A stretch of 64,000 bases of DNA from positions 50,096,001 to 50,160,000 of the forward strand of contig NC_043005.1 of assembly GCF_006345805.1 (NCBI RefSeq), read 5' to 3'. Positions 25,759-39,425 of the stretch are shown here, one piece after another. The position numbers were made by a program, and so were the translations under genes. The notes under the pieces are model-generated. The model worked only from the letters and a program-made list of their open reading frames with translations. It did not search any database and was not told the origin of the DNA. The DNA comes from Octopus sinensis (lineage: Eukaryota). The number at the start of each line of letters is the position of its first letter. Within the stretch, counting starts at the first letter, position 1.

Positions 25759-25829
25759 TTAAATGATTTAGTAAAGCTGCAGAGTACAAAGGAAAAATAA
25801 TAATATAACTAGCTTAAACGCCACATTCT

Positions 25830-26215
25830 GTGTGGACTTTTAAGCTAGCCCCTGTGAAGGGCTAATTTAGCCCATGGCCCAAAACTGAAGAGAGCAATTA
25901 TAATAAAGGATTTATTGTTTCCCTACCAATATGATATAACTTCAAATCCAACTTAAATGAAAAACACGTAAGTTCACAAATTTGTGGAGTTCTTTTCAAA
26001 TTTGCCTTTTCAACTGTTAGCATATAACAAGTCCTCATCCAAACCTGATCCCAATACTGGATGTTCAAGAACCAAATGAAAGGTGGATTTTCAGTTCTGG
26101 GATCACCCCGATTCCAAAATGGTATAATATGTCTATGAAGAGCAAATGTAGACTGAGATACAGGGGTCCCAGACAGACAGACAGACAGAATTTTGCTTTT
26201 ATTATTATAGATTAT
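25830..26215 (+). mobile_element. Possible non-autonomous Helitron/Helentron-like element
   Basis: It ends (acag)4 aattttgcttttattattatagat, recalling Lep1/DINE-type 3' ends. Its 5' motif gacttttaagctagc recurs at about 22385. Confidence 0.3.
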
Positions 26216-26601
26216 ACTGTTTGAAGCTCCTTACCATTTCCTTCAGCTCCACCAACCTGTGAATGTATAATTATTAGTTTCAAATCTTAGCACAAGGCCA
26301 ACAATTTTGGGGGAGGGAGTAGTCAATGAGTAGTTGATTACATTGACCTTAGGGCTCAAACGGTACTTATTTTATTAACACCAAAAGGATGAAAGATAAA
26401 CTCAACCTTGACATAATTTGAACTTGGAATGTAAAGATGGACAAAATGCCACTAAGCATTTTGCCTGCTGTGCTAAGGATTCTTCCAGTTTGCTGCCTTT
26501 GCTTGTGTAATTATTACAGTTGACTTATAACTCAGACTGAAAACATGGAAGAATGAAAAGCAAAGTCAACCTCAACAGACTTTGATCTCAAAATGACCAG
26601 A

Positions 26602-27076
26602 CATACAGCTAAATATTGGTTTTAAATTTTTGCACAAAGTGAGCACTTTCAAGGGAGTAGGTAAGTCAACTATATCGACCGCAATACTCCACTGGTACTT
26701 ATTCTATCGGCTCTGAAAGGATGAAAGGCAAAGTCAACCTTGGTGGCATTTGAACTCAGAACGTAAAAATGGATGAAATGTTAAGCATTTTGCTCAGCAT
26801 GCTAACGACTCTGCCAGCTTGCCACCTTACATACAACTAACTATTGCTTTCAGGTTCAGGAACAAGGCCAGCACTTTCAGGGTAGGGGTAAGTTAACTAC
26901 ATTGATTCCAGTAATCAACTAGTACTTATTCTATTGTGCATGAAAGGATGAAAGGTAAAACCAACCTTGACACTATTTGAACTGAGAACATAAAGACAGG
27001 TAAAATGCTGCTAGGAATTTTGCCCAGCTTATGAATGGCTCTACCAGCTGGCTGCCTTACACACAGCTAAATATTG
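26602..27076 (-). repeat. Two tandem ~229-bp degenerate family-C-related SINE units, plus a further relic at ~26280-26500
   Basis: The junction motif cayacarctaamtattg occurs at 26602, 26830 and 27060. Confidence 0.75.
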
Positions 27077-28382
27077 CAAAGTATTTTGTCCATAAATCTA
27101 CCAATTCTAACAATCTACTTTGCTGTCTATTATATCAGTGTCTTAAAGCCCACAGATCTGTTGGGACAGCACATCAGCTAGTTTCTCAAAAGATAACTGC
27201 TTCATCAAGATTAAGGATTCCAAGAGATTTGAATTAATAATAGCAAGCTAAAACATCATTTGCAGAGCTGTATACAAAGTTCTGGATGGCAAGTATTTAC
27301 TTCCTCAATGTTAGAAAGTTGATATTTACTTTCTCTGTGAGCATATATAAAAATGTAATTTAAAAAAATAAATGGATTAGAGAATGAAATAATTTAGGGA
27401 TGATATACATATGAAAATCAATAGATTAGTTCATTATTCGGTTGAGCTTGTTTGGACATTTTTAACTTGCACACACCATCCATCTTGGTCCCGCATTAGT
27501 GCATTAATTAAAGGAGTTCTTCAGGGAGGCATTCAGCGTCATTTGTGAGTTGGTTTACATAAGAAGATGGATTAGTTAGTGTTAACATATCTAATGTATA
27601 GAGCATTAGGAAGCTCATAATTAATAAATACCTGGTGAAAAAAATACATATAATTTCAGTCAATGACTATCTGTATATAATATAGTAATATGAGTTGATT
27701 CATATTATTAAATTTCTCAAATTCAAAACCTCATCATCATCATCATCAACATCACCATCATCATCATTTAATGTCTGTTTTCCATGCTGGAATGGACTGG
27801 ATGGCTTAACAGGATCCAGTGATCTCCAGGGCTAATCCAAATTTCAGTATTAGCTTTGGCATGGTTTCTGCGACTGGATGTCCTTCCTAATGTCAACCAC
27901 TTTATGGTGTGTACTGAGTGTTTTTTACATGCTATTGGCACTAGTGAGGTTGCCAAGTAACTTGCAAGACAGAAAAGGGGATCAAGGAAAAGGAACCTGC
28001 TTCTGCTATTAAGTGAAGGGGAGTACTTGAGATGGGAGAGGTGGCTTTATGTCAAAGCTAAAGTATGATTGAGAGACAATCATAAGTGTCTTGCTACAGA
28101 GGGAACGTATGGCTACCACAAATTATATAGGAGTTGGTGGGAGTAGTTGGGAGAGAATAAAGTTGATAGTGATTCAGTGTCAAGGAAAAAAAATACTTTA
28201 CACTTTGTCTCAATTAGTTTGATCACTAATCAAAGCATTAAGATGTAAAAATTAAAAGACTTTCTTTTCATCTCTAAAGCTGAGCTTAAGAAAATATTAT
28301 ACTAACAATTAACAATAGTTCATCTCAGACATTTTGATATTTAATTGGTTTGTTCAGTTGAATAATAGAGCAACAATACATA

Positions 28383-28760
28383 TTTCTTGGTGTTACCCAA
28401 GGGCATGTTTTCCATTACATCTGACAAGAATCTGTGAAAAATCCATAGGGTTGTTATTACCACACATCTGTTTGTGCAATGTATCAATGGCATCAATAAA
28501 ATGAATGTACCCAGATTTCTATTGAAGTTACAGAAAGAAACATTGGGAACTTAAGAATAAAAGAAGCTATTTTAATCAACATATTAATGACTGATCTGAA
28601 CTGTATGTGGCTGACTGTCAACTATAGCAATGCAAAACAACCATTCATACACACATACTACAGGACAAGAAAATCAATTAACAACAGCATTTTCCCAGGG
28701 TTTCCTGAAGAAGGAGCCCTAACCCTGAAATATTGAAATACCAGTTTAAACCATTGGTCT
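28383..28760 (+). mobile_element. Ancient PLE relic: GIY-YIG C-terminus followed by a hammerhead
   Basis: A frame at about 28520-28600 reads IEVTERNIGNLRIKEAILINILMTDLN (cf. L.IKEAL.I...KPSLN ends of PLE endonucleases). The upstream FLGVTQGHVFHYI resembles YIGxT. A hammerhead follows about 100 bp later. Confidence 0.55.
28699..28740 (+). ncRNA. Minimal type I hammerhead motif with canonical core
   Basis: gtttc CTGAAGA AGG agccctaac CCT GAA ATAT T gaaat. Stem I is gtttc/gaaat, stem II is AGG/CCT, and stem III is the palindrome ATAT. Confidence 0.6.
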
Positions 28761-28901
28761 GTAATATTTTTATAATTTACATTGTTTTTGCTTTAAAAAA
28801 TATAATCAAAAGCATTTATATATATATAAGACAATGCTTCATGCAAACTATACTACACTAATACATGTGCACATGTGTGTGCGAGTGAATGTGTGTGTGT
28901 G

Positions 28902-28943
<42 letters not shown>

Positions 28944-30498
28944 CATTTATGGCTTCTATACAGTTTCCATGTAACAAATTTAATTCACAAACACTTGGTC
29001 AATTTGAAGGTATGGTAAAAAGGATTTGATCAATTGTGAGAATGTAACACTATGAGAATATATTGCTATTTATTTAATAATTTTAATTCTTATTTTTATA
29101 TTATTAAATAACACTGTTGCATCATTGAATACTAGAGGTCTTTGAATTCATTTTCACTTCATTCATAGCAATAACATCTGCTAATTCCCATCTAGAATCA
29201 ATGGGGAGTTAATTATAATTATATTGGAGTCTATGGTTGTGAAAATATAAGAAACATGGAGCATGGCCATGTGATTAGCAATCAAAATATTTCATAATTT
29301 AGACATCATTTAAATGGATTTAATAATAATATAAAAAATTCCTATCAGGCTTAAGAATCACATGACATAGTTATTTCCCATGGATTGATGTTAGCTTGTT
29401 AGATGTGTATGTGCGCGTGCGCATGCGTATGTGTGCATGTGTGCATATGTGTTTGTGTGTGTGTGTGTGATTCTATTTCCTTTTACCAACACCGAGCCAC
29501 CAAAAGCCTATCTCTTTTACTTGTTTCAGTTATTTGACTGCGGCCATGCTGGAGCACCGCCTTTAGTCGAGTAAATCAACCCCAGGATTTATTCTTTGGA
29601 AGCCTAGCACTTATTCTATCGGTCTCTTTTGCTGAACCGCTAAGATACAGTGATGTAAACACACCACCATCGGTTGTCAAGCGATGTTGGGGTGGGGGGA
29701 CAAACACAGACACACAAGCATATACACACACATACACATATATGTATACGTATATACGACGAGCTTCTTTCAGTTTCCATCTACCAAATCCACTCACAAG
29801 GCTTTGGTCGGCCCTGTATATATAATTAACTGGCACTCCATTGGTCATGACTACAAGGGTCCCAGTTGATTTGATCAATGGAAGAGCCTGCTTGTGAAAT
29901 TAACATACATATGGATGAGCACTCCATAAACACATGTACCCTTAACATAGTCCTTAAGGAGATTCAGTGCAAGACAGAGTGTAACAAGGCTGGCCCTTTG
30001 AAATACGGGTACTACACATCCTTGCCAGCTGAGTGGATTGGAGCAAAAGTGTCTCCCTCAAAGACATACTGCCATGCTAAGAATTGAACCAATGACATTA
30101 CGATCATGAGCCATATACCTTAACTGCTAAGCCATGCACCTTCACAAAGCTATAGATACCTTTAACATAAAAGAGATTATGTATTTCCAGCCAGCATGTC
30201 TGAAGAGCTGGTGATATTGTCTAAGTGGAATGGACAGTGTGAAACCTATGGTTCACTTCTGACCAGTTATATGCCATAACCAGTAATATAATACCCAATG
30301 CACATTGCTTAACGATTAGGATAAGGCATTTATGATTGTATGATTGTAGTTTCGATAGTCGGCTGGATGTTTTCCTAGGGCTAAATAACTGCAACATTGG
30401 TCCTAATCAGGACTGCCATTATATCTTGGCAAATAAGCTTTACTCTATCATACTGTTGCTGCATGTTTCTTGTTCAGAGATTCAGAACTAATAACTTC

Positions 30499-30547
<49 letters not shown>

Positions 30548-30551
30548 TTTC

Positions 30552-30588
<37 letters not shown>

Positions 30589-30977
30589 GTGATTATAGTT
30601 TTTCAGATTGTTAAGTATATATTTTGATCTTAACTAAAACATAACTTGCCATTGCACTAAGAAAGTGTAGTTTTAAATTTCTAACAATTTAAGACTACAC
30701 AATATGAGTTTCCATAAAAGTGAAATTACAGACTACATCCTGAAGCTGATGGTCATACCTTACAATTTCCATAAGCACTAAAATCTCGTTACCTGAGGTA
30801 GGCGTAATATGGGGATTCCTGTAAATGTACATGCATAAATATATGTATGTATGTATATGTATGTATGATTGTATGTATGTATGTAGGTAGGTAGGTATGC
30901 ATGTAGATATGCATGTATGCATGTATGTATGTATGTATGCATGTATGTAAGCATGCATGTATGTATGTATGTATGTA

Positions 30978-31020
<43 letters not shown>

Positions 31021-31251
31021 ATGTATGCATGCATGCATGTACGTACGTATGTATGTATGAATGCATGTATGTCATTCAATTTATTTCAAGATTTCTTGTC
31101 AATAGAGAAAAAACCGGTTTCTCACCTAGATCTAAGGCTCCTTCATTGGAATTTCGACATCAAAAACAGGGTATTTTTATATGTATGCATGCATGTATGT
31201 ATGTATGTATGTATGTATGTATGAATGTATGTATGTATGTATGTATGTATG

Positions 31252-31282
<31 letters not shown>

Positions 31283-31937
31283 GTTGAAAGGTCAGTCTTA
31301 AAACATCAGATTCTTCTCTCAACACTTACAAAGTTATCCAAGCTCACACTCACAATCTTCACTGTATATTGTTTGCCAGAGCAGACTTTCACCAATGGAT
31401 TCTTTTTTTTTTCCCCAACAGTATTATATAGTAGATTGTTTAATTCTAAATTTATTAACTTGGGTCACTGGAACATCATCACTATATATTGTTTCTTATA
31501 CGGGAATCAACTTGTAGGAGAATGGAAATTGGCAGTTATGATGTCTGGATATTAAAGTTGAATATGAAGTGAAATCCAAGTTGGAATCAAAACTGGGTTA
31601 TGAATGTATTTTGTTATGGATAGCACAGAGATTCCCCCTAAGACATATCATATCTTGGGCAGTATTGTTAACAACAATTTGCATTTGGACAAACCACATC
31701 TTTAAAATTGTCAAGAAGGGTGAGGGTGTCTCAAGAGTGCTCAGTAAGACCTTTGTCAGCTTCTTGTTGGTTACCACTTTAATTTATCAGCTGTTTTGAA
31801 CATTTATTTTGGTGCAAAATTGAATAATGAAACGAAAGACAGAATTTAATAATTGTAATAACTATAATGTTTATGTTAGTAAATGGAAAATATTATTCGG
31901 AAATGATAAAAGTCTGAGGGAAAATTCATACACTTAC

Positions 31938-33065
31938 CTGTGATCGTATGTATGTCTGTGACAAATTCCACGGATAGATTAACATCAGCAGAATTTTTTT
32001 CAAAGAGTTCTCGCAACTGTGATTTCCGCCTGGCAGAGCCACACAGTCTGTAAATGCCAACAACTTCTAGTCCTCGAATCTCTATTTCTTCAATACATTT
32101 CTTCACTATTAATGGTACATCAAATCCAGAGTTTTCTCGGCTTATTACAACATCAAGATCAGTTCCAAACAAGGCATTCTTCTTTGATGAGGGCAATCGC
32201 TGTAAGGAAATCGCAGGCTTTTTATAAAGTAGCTCAATATAAAGAACTCCTTTTGGTTCCACTTTGAGAGCTACATGTTTGTTTTCACCGCTAACTATGT
32301 AATTTGGTAATACTACTGATCCATGGAAACACAACCGATGTTTAAAATTAGGGTCCCAGTTGTAGATTAGAAATGACACCTCTTTGGCTTCTTCAAGTTC
32401 TATATCGAAAGCTTCATCCCAGTCAAAGTTCACAGCACCGGTACGAATCATTGTTCGTGCTTTATTGATTGAGTCAACTGCAACGACACAATACAAATCC
32501 CGTAATGTTGTCCTGGATGATTTTAAGCCTTGACCAGACAGAACATGGATTCCTAGCATTCCGTCGAGGCCTGCAATTTTCTGCACCTCGACCTTTCTTT
32601 TCATGTCACTTCTGTAGGACTCGTAGTCTCCGTAGTGGATCTGCAGTGGCTTTTTATAAAGTTGTAAATCCCTAAATCTGGATGCTGGCCGTGTCACAGT
32701 CCTTCCATTTGCATCAAAACGTTTTGCTCGATCCACAGGGCTGCCGAGTGAGGTAGAGGTTGCTGCAGCGCCAACAGGCTTGCCTGTTTTTGCCACTGAT
32801 GGTAAAGTGTTTCCAGCCTTCTGACCTTGCACTACAGCCGCAGCTGCCAGTGGATCATCCATTTGATATGTACGGTACGCCAGCAGAGAATCTGTACTGT
32901 GTTTGCGTACCATTTGTGAGCGAGCTGGTGTCTGGGTTGCAGCAGCTTTGCGGGTCGGTCCTGGTGAACCTTTAACAGCAGCCCAAGTCCAGTCATAATA
33001 GTCATCTGATGGGCATGCATCTGGAGTAGTAACAGATGACCGAGAGCCAGATATCTGACCTTGAC
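31938..33065 (-). CDS. syd-1: Internal coding exon of a Syd-1/RhoGAP100F/SYDE-family RhoGAP (disordered linker + C2 domain + N-terminal part of RhoGAP domain)
   Basis: The translation has C2 motifs (RDLYCVVAVDSINKART, FDWDEAFDIEL, WDPNFKHRLC, ALKVEPKG). These run into the GAP start LFGTDLDVVISRE...VPLIVKKCIEEIEIRGLEVVGIYRLCGSA (arginine finger), matching the RhoGAP100F/SYDE architecture as I recall it. The acceptor tttctctttcag|GTCAAG is at 33065 and the donor ACAG|gtaagt at 31938. Length is 1128 nt, phase 1-1, and the frame is open throughout. No other exon was recognised in the window. Confidence 0.9.
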
Positions 33066-33742
33066 CTGAAAGAGAAATAGAAAACAGTATATTAATAAAT
33101 TAGAAATTCCAGAACAAATCAAATATTAACATTAGCATTAGTCATAATTATGATAATGATAATAATAGTAACGATGATGATGATGATGATGACAGTGGTA
33201 GTGTGATGATGGTGATGATAATGATGACAATAATAACTGCAGTGTTTGATTAGAACTTCTGTTGTCAATCCTGGAAAGATGACAAGGGATAAATCAACCT
33301 TGAAAAGAATTCGATATCAGATGATGCTAGGAAGGGCACCCCAGTCATAGAAACCATGTCATAGCCAACACTGGAGCTTGACTCAAGCCATTTGACCCGT
33401 GGAAGTATGGGAAATGGATAGTTAATGGGGACAATGATGATGAGGGCAGTGATGGCGGTGGCAGTGGTGGCAATGATGACAACGATGACGACAGCAATGA
33501 TGATGATGACAATGACAGAAATTAAATACTGGAAAGCATTTTGTTCAACACACCACCATTTCTTTCAAACAACGATGATTATATCTCTGCAGGCTGATGG
33601 TCTTACTCTTTTACTCTTTTACTTGTTTCAGTCATTTGAGTGCGGCCATGATGGAGCACCGCCTTTAGTCGAGCAAATCGACCCCAGGACATATTCTTTG
33701 TAAGCCAAGCACTTATTCTTAATGTATGTATATATTTATGTG

Positions 33743-33774
<32 letters not shown>

Positions 33775-33788
33775 TGTATGTATGTACG

Positions 33789-33830
<42 letters not shown>

Positions 33831-34411
33831 GATTCTTCTACTTCTCTCTATTAAATTCATTCTCAAGGCTCTGGCCCCAGCACTATAGCAGAAGACATTT
33901 ACCCAAGGTACCGTGCAGTGGGACTGAATGCAAAACTATGTGGTCAGAAAGCAAACTTCTCACCACATAGCTACAGCCACATATTTATTTAACCAACACC
34001 TACAGATACAACCTGTTGACATTGCCTATATTTAGTCAAACCGCTATCCAGACGACGACTACAAACAGTGTTCCATCCCTTAAACATGTGACGTCAGTGT
34101 CCATCCAATGAATATCTTCAATTAACAGTTGTTAAATAGTCAACTAGAGCACCAATATATTTCAGTTAAAGTCAACATGTTTACTGAGACAAGAAAGGAA
34201 AATAGACACCAAATCTTATTTATTTCTTCTACTTAGATCTCTACAAATATCATTAAAAAAATAAAGCAGAAGACCAGAATTTAGAGGAATACATTAATAT
34301 ATTGTAATGTTTGGTTGAAACCACTGATATTTCTCACTCAATGTTTTCTACAGAATTTCTCTCATTATACACTGGTAAATACACTATATACTCTTTTACT
34401 CTTTCTCTTTA

Positions 34412-36163
34412 CTCTTTTACTTGTTTCAGTCATTTGACTGCGGCAATGCTGGAGCACCGCCTTTAGTCGAGCAAATCGACCCCGGGTCATATTCTTTTGT
34501 AAGCCCAGTACTTATTCTATCGGTCTCTTTTGCCGAACCGCTAAGTAACGGGGACGTAAACACACCAGCATCGGTTGTCAAGCAATGCTAGGGGACAAAC
34601 ACAGACACACAAACACACACACGCATATATATATATATATACATATATACGACGGGCTTCTTTCAGTTTCCGTCTACCAAATCCACTCACAAGGCTTTGG
34701 TCGGCCCTAGGCTATAGCAGAAGACACTTGCCCAAGATGCCACGCAGTGGGACTGAACCCGGAACCATGTGGTTGGTTAGCAAACTACTTACCACACACC
34801 CACTCCTGGTTGATTTACAGAATCTAAAATTTTTGCTTTGCTTTTGGTCAGGAGAGAAAGGTAGTGTCTATGATCTCTTACAGGGTCTCTGGGACTGGTG
34901 AGAAGGAATAGAGGAATGAAAGATTTTATCCTCAAACACAGCCTGAATGCTCGCAACAAAGTGGACTCAACTGAAGACATACAATTTATATTCCTTTACT
35001 TTGAGCATGCCTCAAAATATAGAATACATTTATATGTATGCATATATTGTGCATATTATATAATATAAATATATACATATACTCTCTCTTTTACTCTCTT
35101 TTACTTGTTTCAGTCATTTGACTGCAGCCATGCTGGAGCATCGCCTTTAATCGAGCAAATCGACCCCCAGGACTTATTCTTTGTAAGCCTAGTACTTATT
35201 CTATCGGTCTCCTTTGCTGAACCGCTAAGTTGCGGGGACATGAACACACCAGCATCGGTTGTTAAGCGATGTTGGGAGGACAAACACAGACACACAAACA
35301 CACACATATATATATACATATACACGACAGGCTTCTTTCAGTTTCCGTCTACCAAATCCACTCACAAGGCTTTGGTCGGCCCTAGGCTATAGCAGAAGAC
35401 ACTTGCCCAAGATGCCACGCAGTGGGACTGAACCCGGAACCATGTGGTTGGTTAGCAAACTACTTACCACACACCCACTCCTGGTTGATTTACAGAATCT
35501 AAAATTTTTGCTTTGCTTTTGGTCAGGAGAGAAAGGTAGTGTCTATGATCTCTTACAGGGTCTCTGGGACTGGTGAGAAGGAATAGAGGAATGAAAGATT
35601 TTATCCTCAAACACAGCCTGAATGCTCGCAACAAAGTGGACTCAACTGAAGACATACAATTTATATTCCTTTACTTTGAGCATGCCTCAAAATATAGAAT
35701 ACATTTATATGTATGCATATATTGTGCATATATATATAATATAAATAATATACATATACTCTCTCTTTTACTCTCTTTTACTTGTTTCAGTCATTTGACT
35801 GCAGCCATGCTGGAGCATCGCCTTTAATCGAGCAAATCGACCCCCAGGACTTATTCTTTGTAAGCCTAGTACTTATTCTATCGGTCTCCTTTGCTGAACC
35901 GCTAAGTTGCGGGGACATGAACACACCAGCATCGGTTGTTAAGCGATGTTGGGAGGACAAACACAGACACACAAACACACACATATATATATACATATAC
36001 ACGACAGGCTTCTTTCAGTTTCCGTCTACCAAATCCACTCACAAGGCTTTGGTCAGCCCGAGGCTATAGTAGAAGAGACTTGCCCAAGGTGCCACGCAGT
36101 GGGACTGAACCCGGAACCATGTGGTTGGTAAGCAAGCTACTTACCACACAGCCACTCCTGTGC
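34412..36163 (-). repeat. Three family-A SINEs (34412-34807, 35097-35482, 35775-36163) with a ~676-bp tandem duplication
   Basis: The unique spacer (ggttgatttacagaatc...ttgagcatgcctcaaaatatag) occurs twice at an offset of 675-677 bp and is nearly identical. Confidence 0.95.
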
Positions 36164-37099
36164 CTTATATATATAATATAAATAATATACATATATGCAT
36201 ATATACATATATATATGTACTTACATATATATGTATACACATATGCATATGTGGGCACAGGATGTCACAAAATATAAACAACAAAAAATATGAAGTACGA
36301 GGACATGGAATATGAACTTTTTTTATATATGTATATACTGTGTTATCTTTGTGTTAATGTTGTATTTGCCCCCATTACCACCACTGCCACATGACAATTC
36401 GTGTTAGCTTGTTTACATCCCTGTAACTTAGCAGTTCAGCAAAAGCAGTTAATAAAACAAGTACAAGGCTTAAAATTAAAAAAAATATAAGGACTAGGGT
36501 CGACTAAAACCCCTGAAGGTATTAATCCCAGCAGGGCCAGTCTAATGAGTGAAATCATTAAAAGATTAAAAATGAAAAAGATTAAAGATTAATGGATGTT
36601 ATTATCAGGAATATGTCAGAACAAAATCCAAAGGCCCAGTATTCAGTGAACAGGCTATGTTAGTAACCAATGTTAGTAACCTTACGTTATAAACTACAAT
36701 TTGGAAATCTAGAGTGGAACATGGCAAAACGCTGCACATAATATATCTAGGATCGCATGACAAAATGCTCCAAGGAGGCGATTTTTCTTTTTCATATTCT
36801 GTATCTAAGACATGCACAGAGTAAAAGGAACGAAAAGTGGGTTTTATTTCTCACTGTTGCAATTGTGATAGTAGCATAGACCGTGTGAGATAGCGATAGT
36901 ATGGTAGGGACTATAGTGTGTGTGCGTGTGTCGGGGTATATTAATGGAATAGGGCTGTTTGTATGGGCTAGCATGTGTATGTATGAACATGTGTGTGTGT
37001 GTGGGGGGGGGGTTAAGGCACTTTTCATAGTTTTCTCTTGCAAATCAGATTCGACTGTCTCTTTAACTGTCTACCTATCTGGCAATCTATCTTTTTATC

Positions 37100-37246
37100 T
37101 AGCTCTTCCTTTTCCATAGCTCTTTCACCACCACCACCACTACTATCCACCACCACCACCACCATCATCCATCACCACCACCATCCACCACCACCTTGAC
37201 GATGACGACAACGACCACGACGACGACCACCACCTCCTGCCTTTTT

Positions 37247-37285
<39 letters not shown>

Positions 37286-37417
37286 ACCCACTCTCTATAT
37301 TGCTCACTCTCTCTCTCTCAATCATTTTTCTTTTTCACTTCATCATTCTCTCTTTTTCTCTCTCAATCACTCACCTATTTCTTTAATTACTGATTTACTC
37401 ATTCTCTGAATCCCCCT

Positions 37418-37449
<32 letters not shown>

Positions 37450-37603
37450 TCATGCATAATTTTTATCTTTTATTTCTTGTAATTTCTCCTTGATGTGTAT
37501 TTCTGGCTTCTGTCTTCTATATCTGACTTTTTCTTGTCATCCTCTCTCCATCTCTCTCTTTCTCTATTTCTCAATTCATCTACCTGTTTATCTCTCTCTC
37601 ACA

Positions 37604-37667
<64 letters not shown>

Positions 37668-37714
37668 CTCTCTCTCTCTCTCTTCTCTCTCTCTTTCTCT
37701 CTCTCATTATCTAT

Positions 37715-37778
<64 letters not shown>

Positions 37779-38776
37779 ACTATCTATCTGTCTATCTATC
37801 TATCCTTATGTCTGTCCATCTCTCTCTCTCTTTCTCTCTCTCTCACTATCTCTCTATCCATCTATCCTTATGTCTGTCTACCCCCTCTCTCTCTCTCTCT
37901 ATTTCAATCCACCCTGTTATTCAGATCCATCTAATTCGGATCCATTATTCAGATCCAGAGAAACATACTACCTCTCCTCCTCTTCTTCTTCTGTCTCCCT
38001 CTCTCTATCTCTTCTTTCCTCTTCCTTCTACCCATAACATACTCCATATCTTTATACTATTCTGCACATATCTTTTACTCCCCCTCCTTCACCTGATCAA
38101 CCTCCCACTTCTACTCCTATCCTCTCATCAATTTACATACTCTAACTTCCCCTCTCTTAGATTCATCTCCCATTTCTCCTCGTTTTCACCTCCATTTCTA
38201 TCTTATTTTCTTGTTCCAACCTTTCTTTATGGTTTGCTATTCATCCTGTCATTCTTTCGTTTCTTCATTCTACCATTCCTTCATTCGTTCACATCATCCT
38301 CTCACCATGCAACTCACTCAATCACCACCACCACCACCACCACCATCACCACCACCACCACCATCAACAACACCATCAACAACACCATCATCACCAACAC
38401 CACCGTTGCTGCAGCCACCACCACCACCACCACCACATTCATCATCATCACCAACACCAACACCATCACCACCATCACCATCAACAAACACTCAGGATCA
38501 CCAACTTTATGATCTCCCCCTCCCCAGTACAGCTGTTACTGCAAATGAATGAGGGAGCATCTACACGGTCTTTCATTCAACCAGCTAGAAATGGCAGCTA
38601 ATATTTCTCAACTCACAACCTGCAGTCCAGTTTTACAGAAAAACCAAAAATCACCTGGATCAGAGATCCAGTTTCCTTGCACATAGAAACAAAATTAAAG
38701 AAAAACAAAACATGTAATGGTTAAGACTGGAATGTCATTGATCATAAGTTTTCTTGGTTACTATTGAATCAGAGCA

Positions 38777-38818
<42 letters not shown>

Positions 38819-39282
38819 GCAACTGCATAACCCTTATCTTCATCTTCAGTATAACTCTTCCCGCCACCACAATACCATATATATATATATGCGCACTTGT
38901 ATGCATATATACCCACACAAACACAAGTTCGTACACATGCATGCATAGCCATATGTGAATACATACACACACATGCAAACACAACACACACACACAGACA
39001 CTGACACACTGACACACAAACATACACACACATGCACATACATCTATACACATATACATATGCATATATTTAAATAGACAGATATATACATACACAAACA
39101 CAGACATCATGTTAGCATGTTCATTTGTTAACACAAATGCTCACACACGCATACACACACACACATTCATGTACATACACAAGCATACTACACATGCACA
39201 AACATATAGATATATATATACACATATCAATTTTTTTATCCATTTGGCTGTCAATCAACCTATCTATCTTCTCTCTCTCCTG

Positions 39283-39355
<73 letters not shown>

Positions 39356-39389
39356 TGTATACATATATGTATACATATATGTATATATG

Positions 39390-39425
<36 letters not shown>

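Noticed and set aside
1-31900. Next RhoGAP exon (expected ..LKDYLRELPEPL..) and, above 33065, PDZ-encoding exons
   Set aside because: I searched by eye on the minus strand and found none; they are presumably outside the window. A small exon could have been missed, and spliced RNA alignment would settle it.
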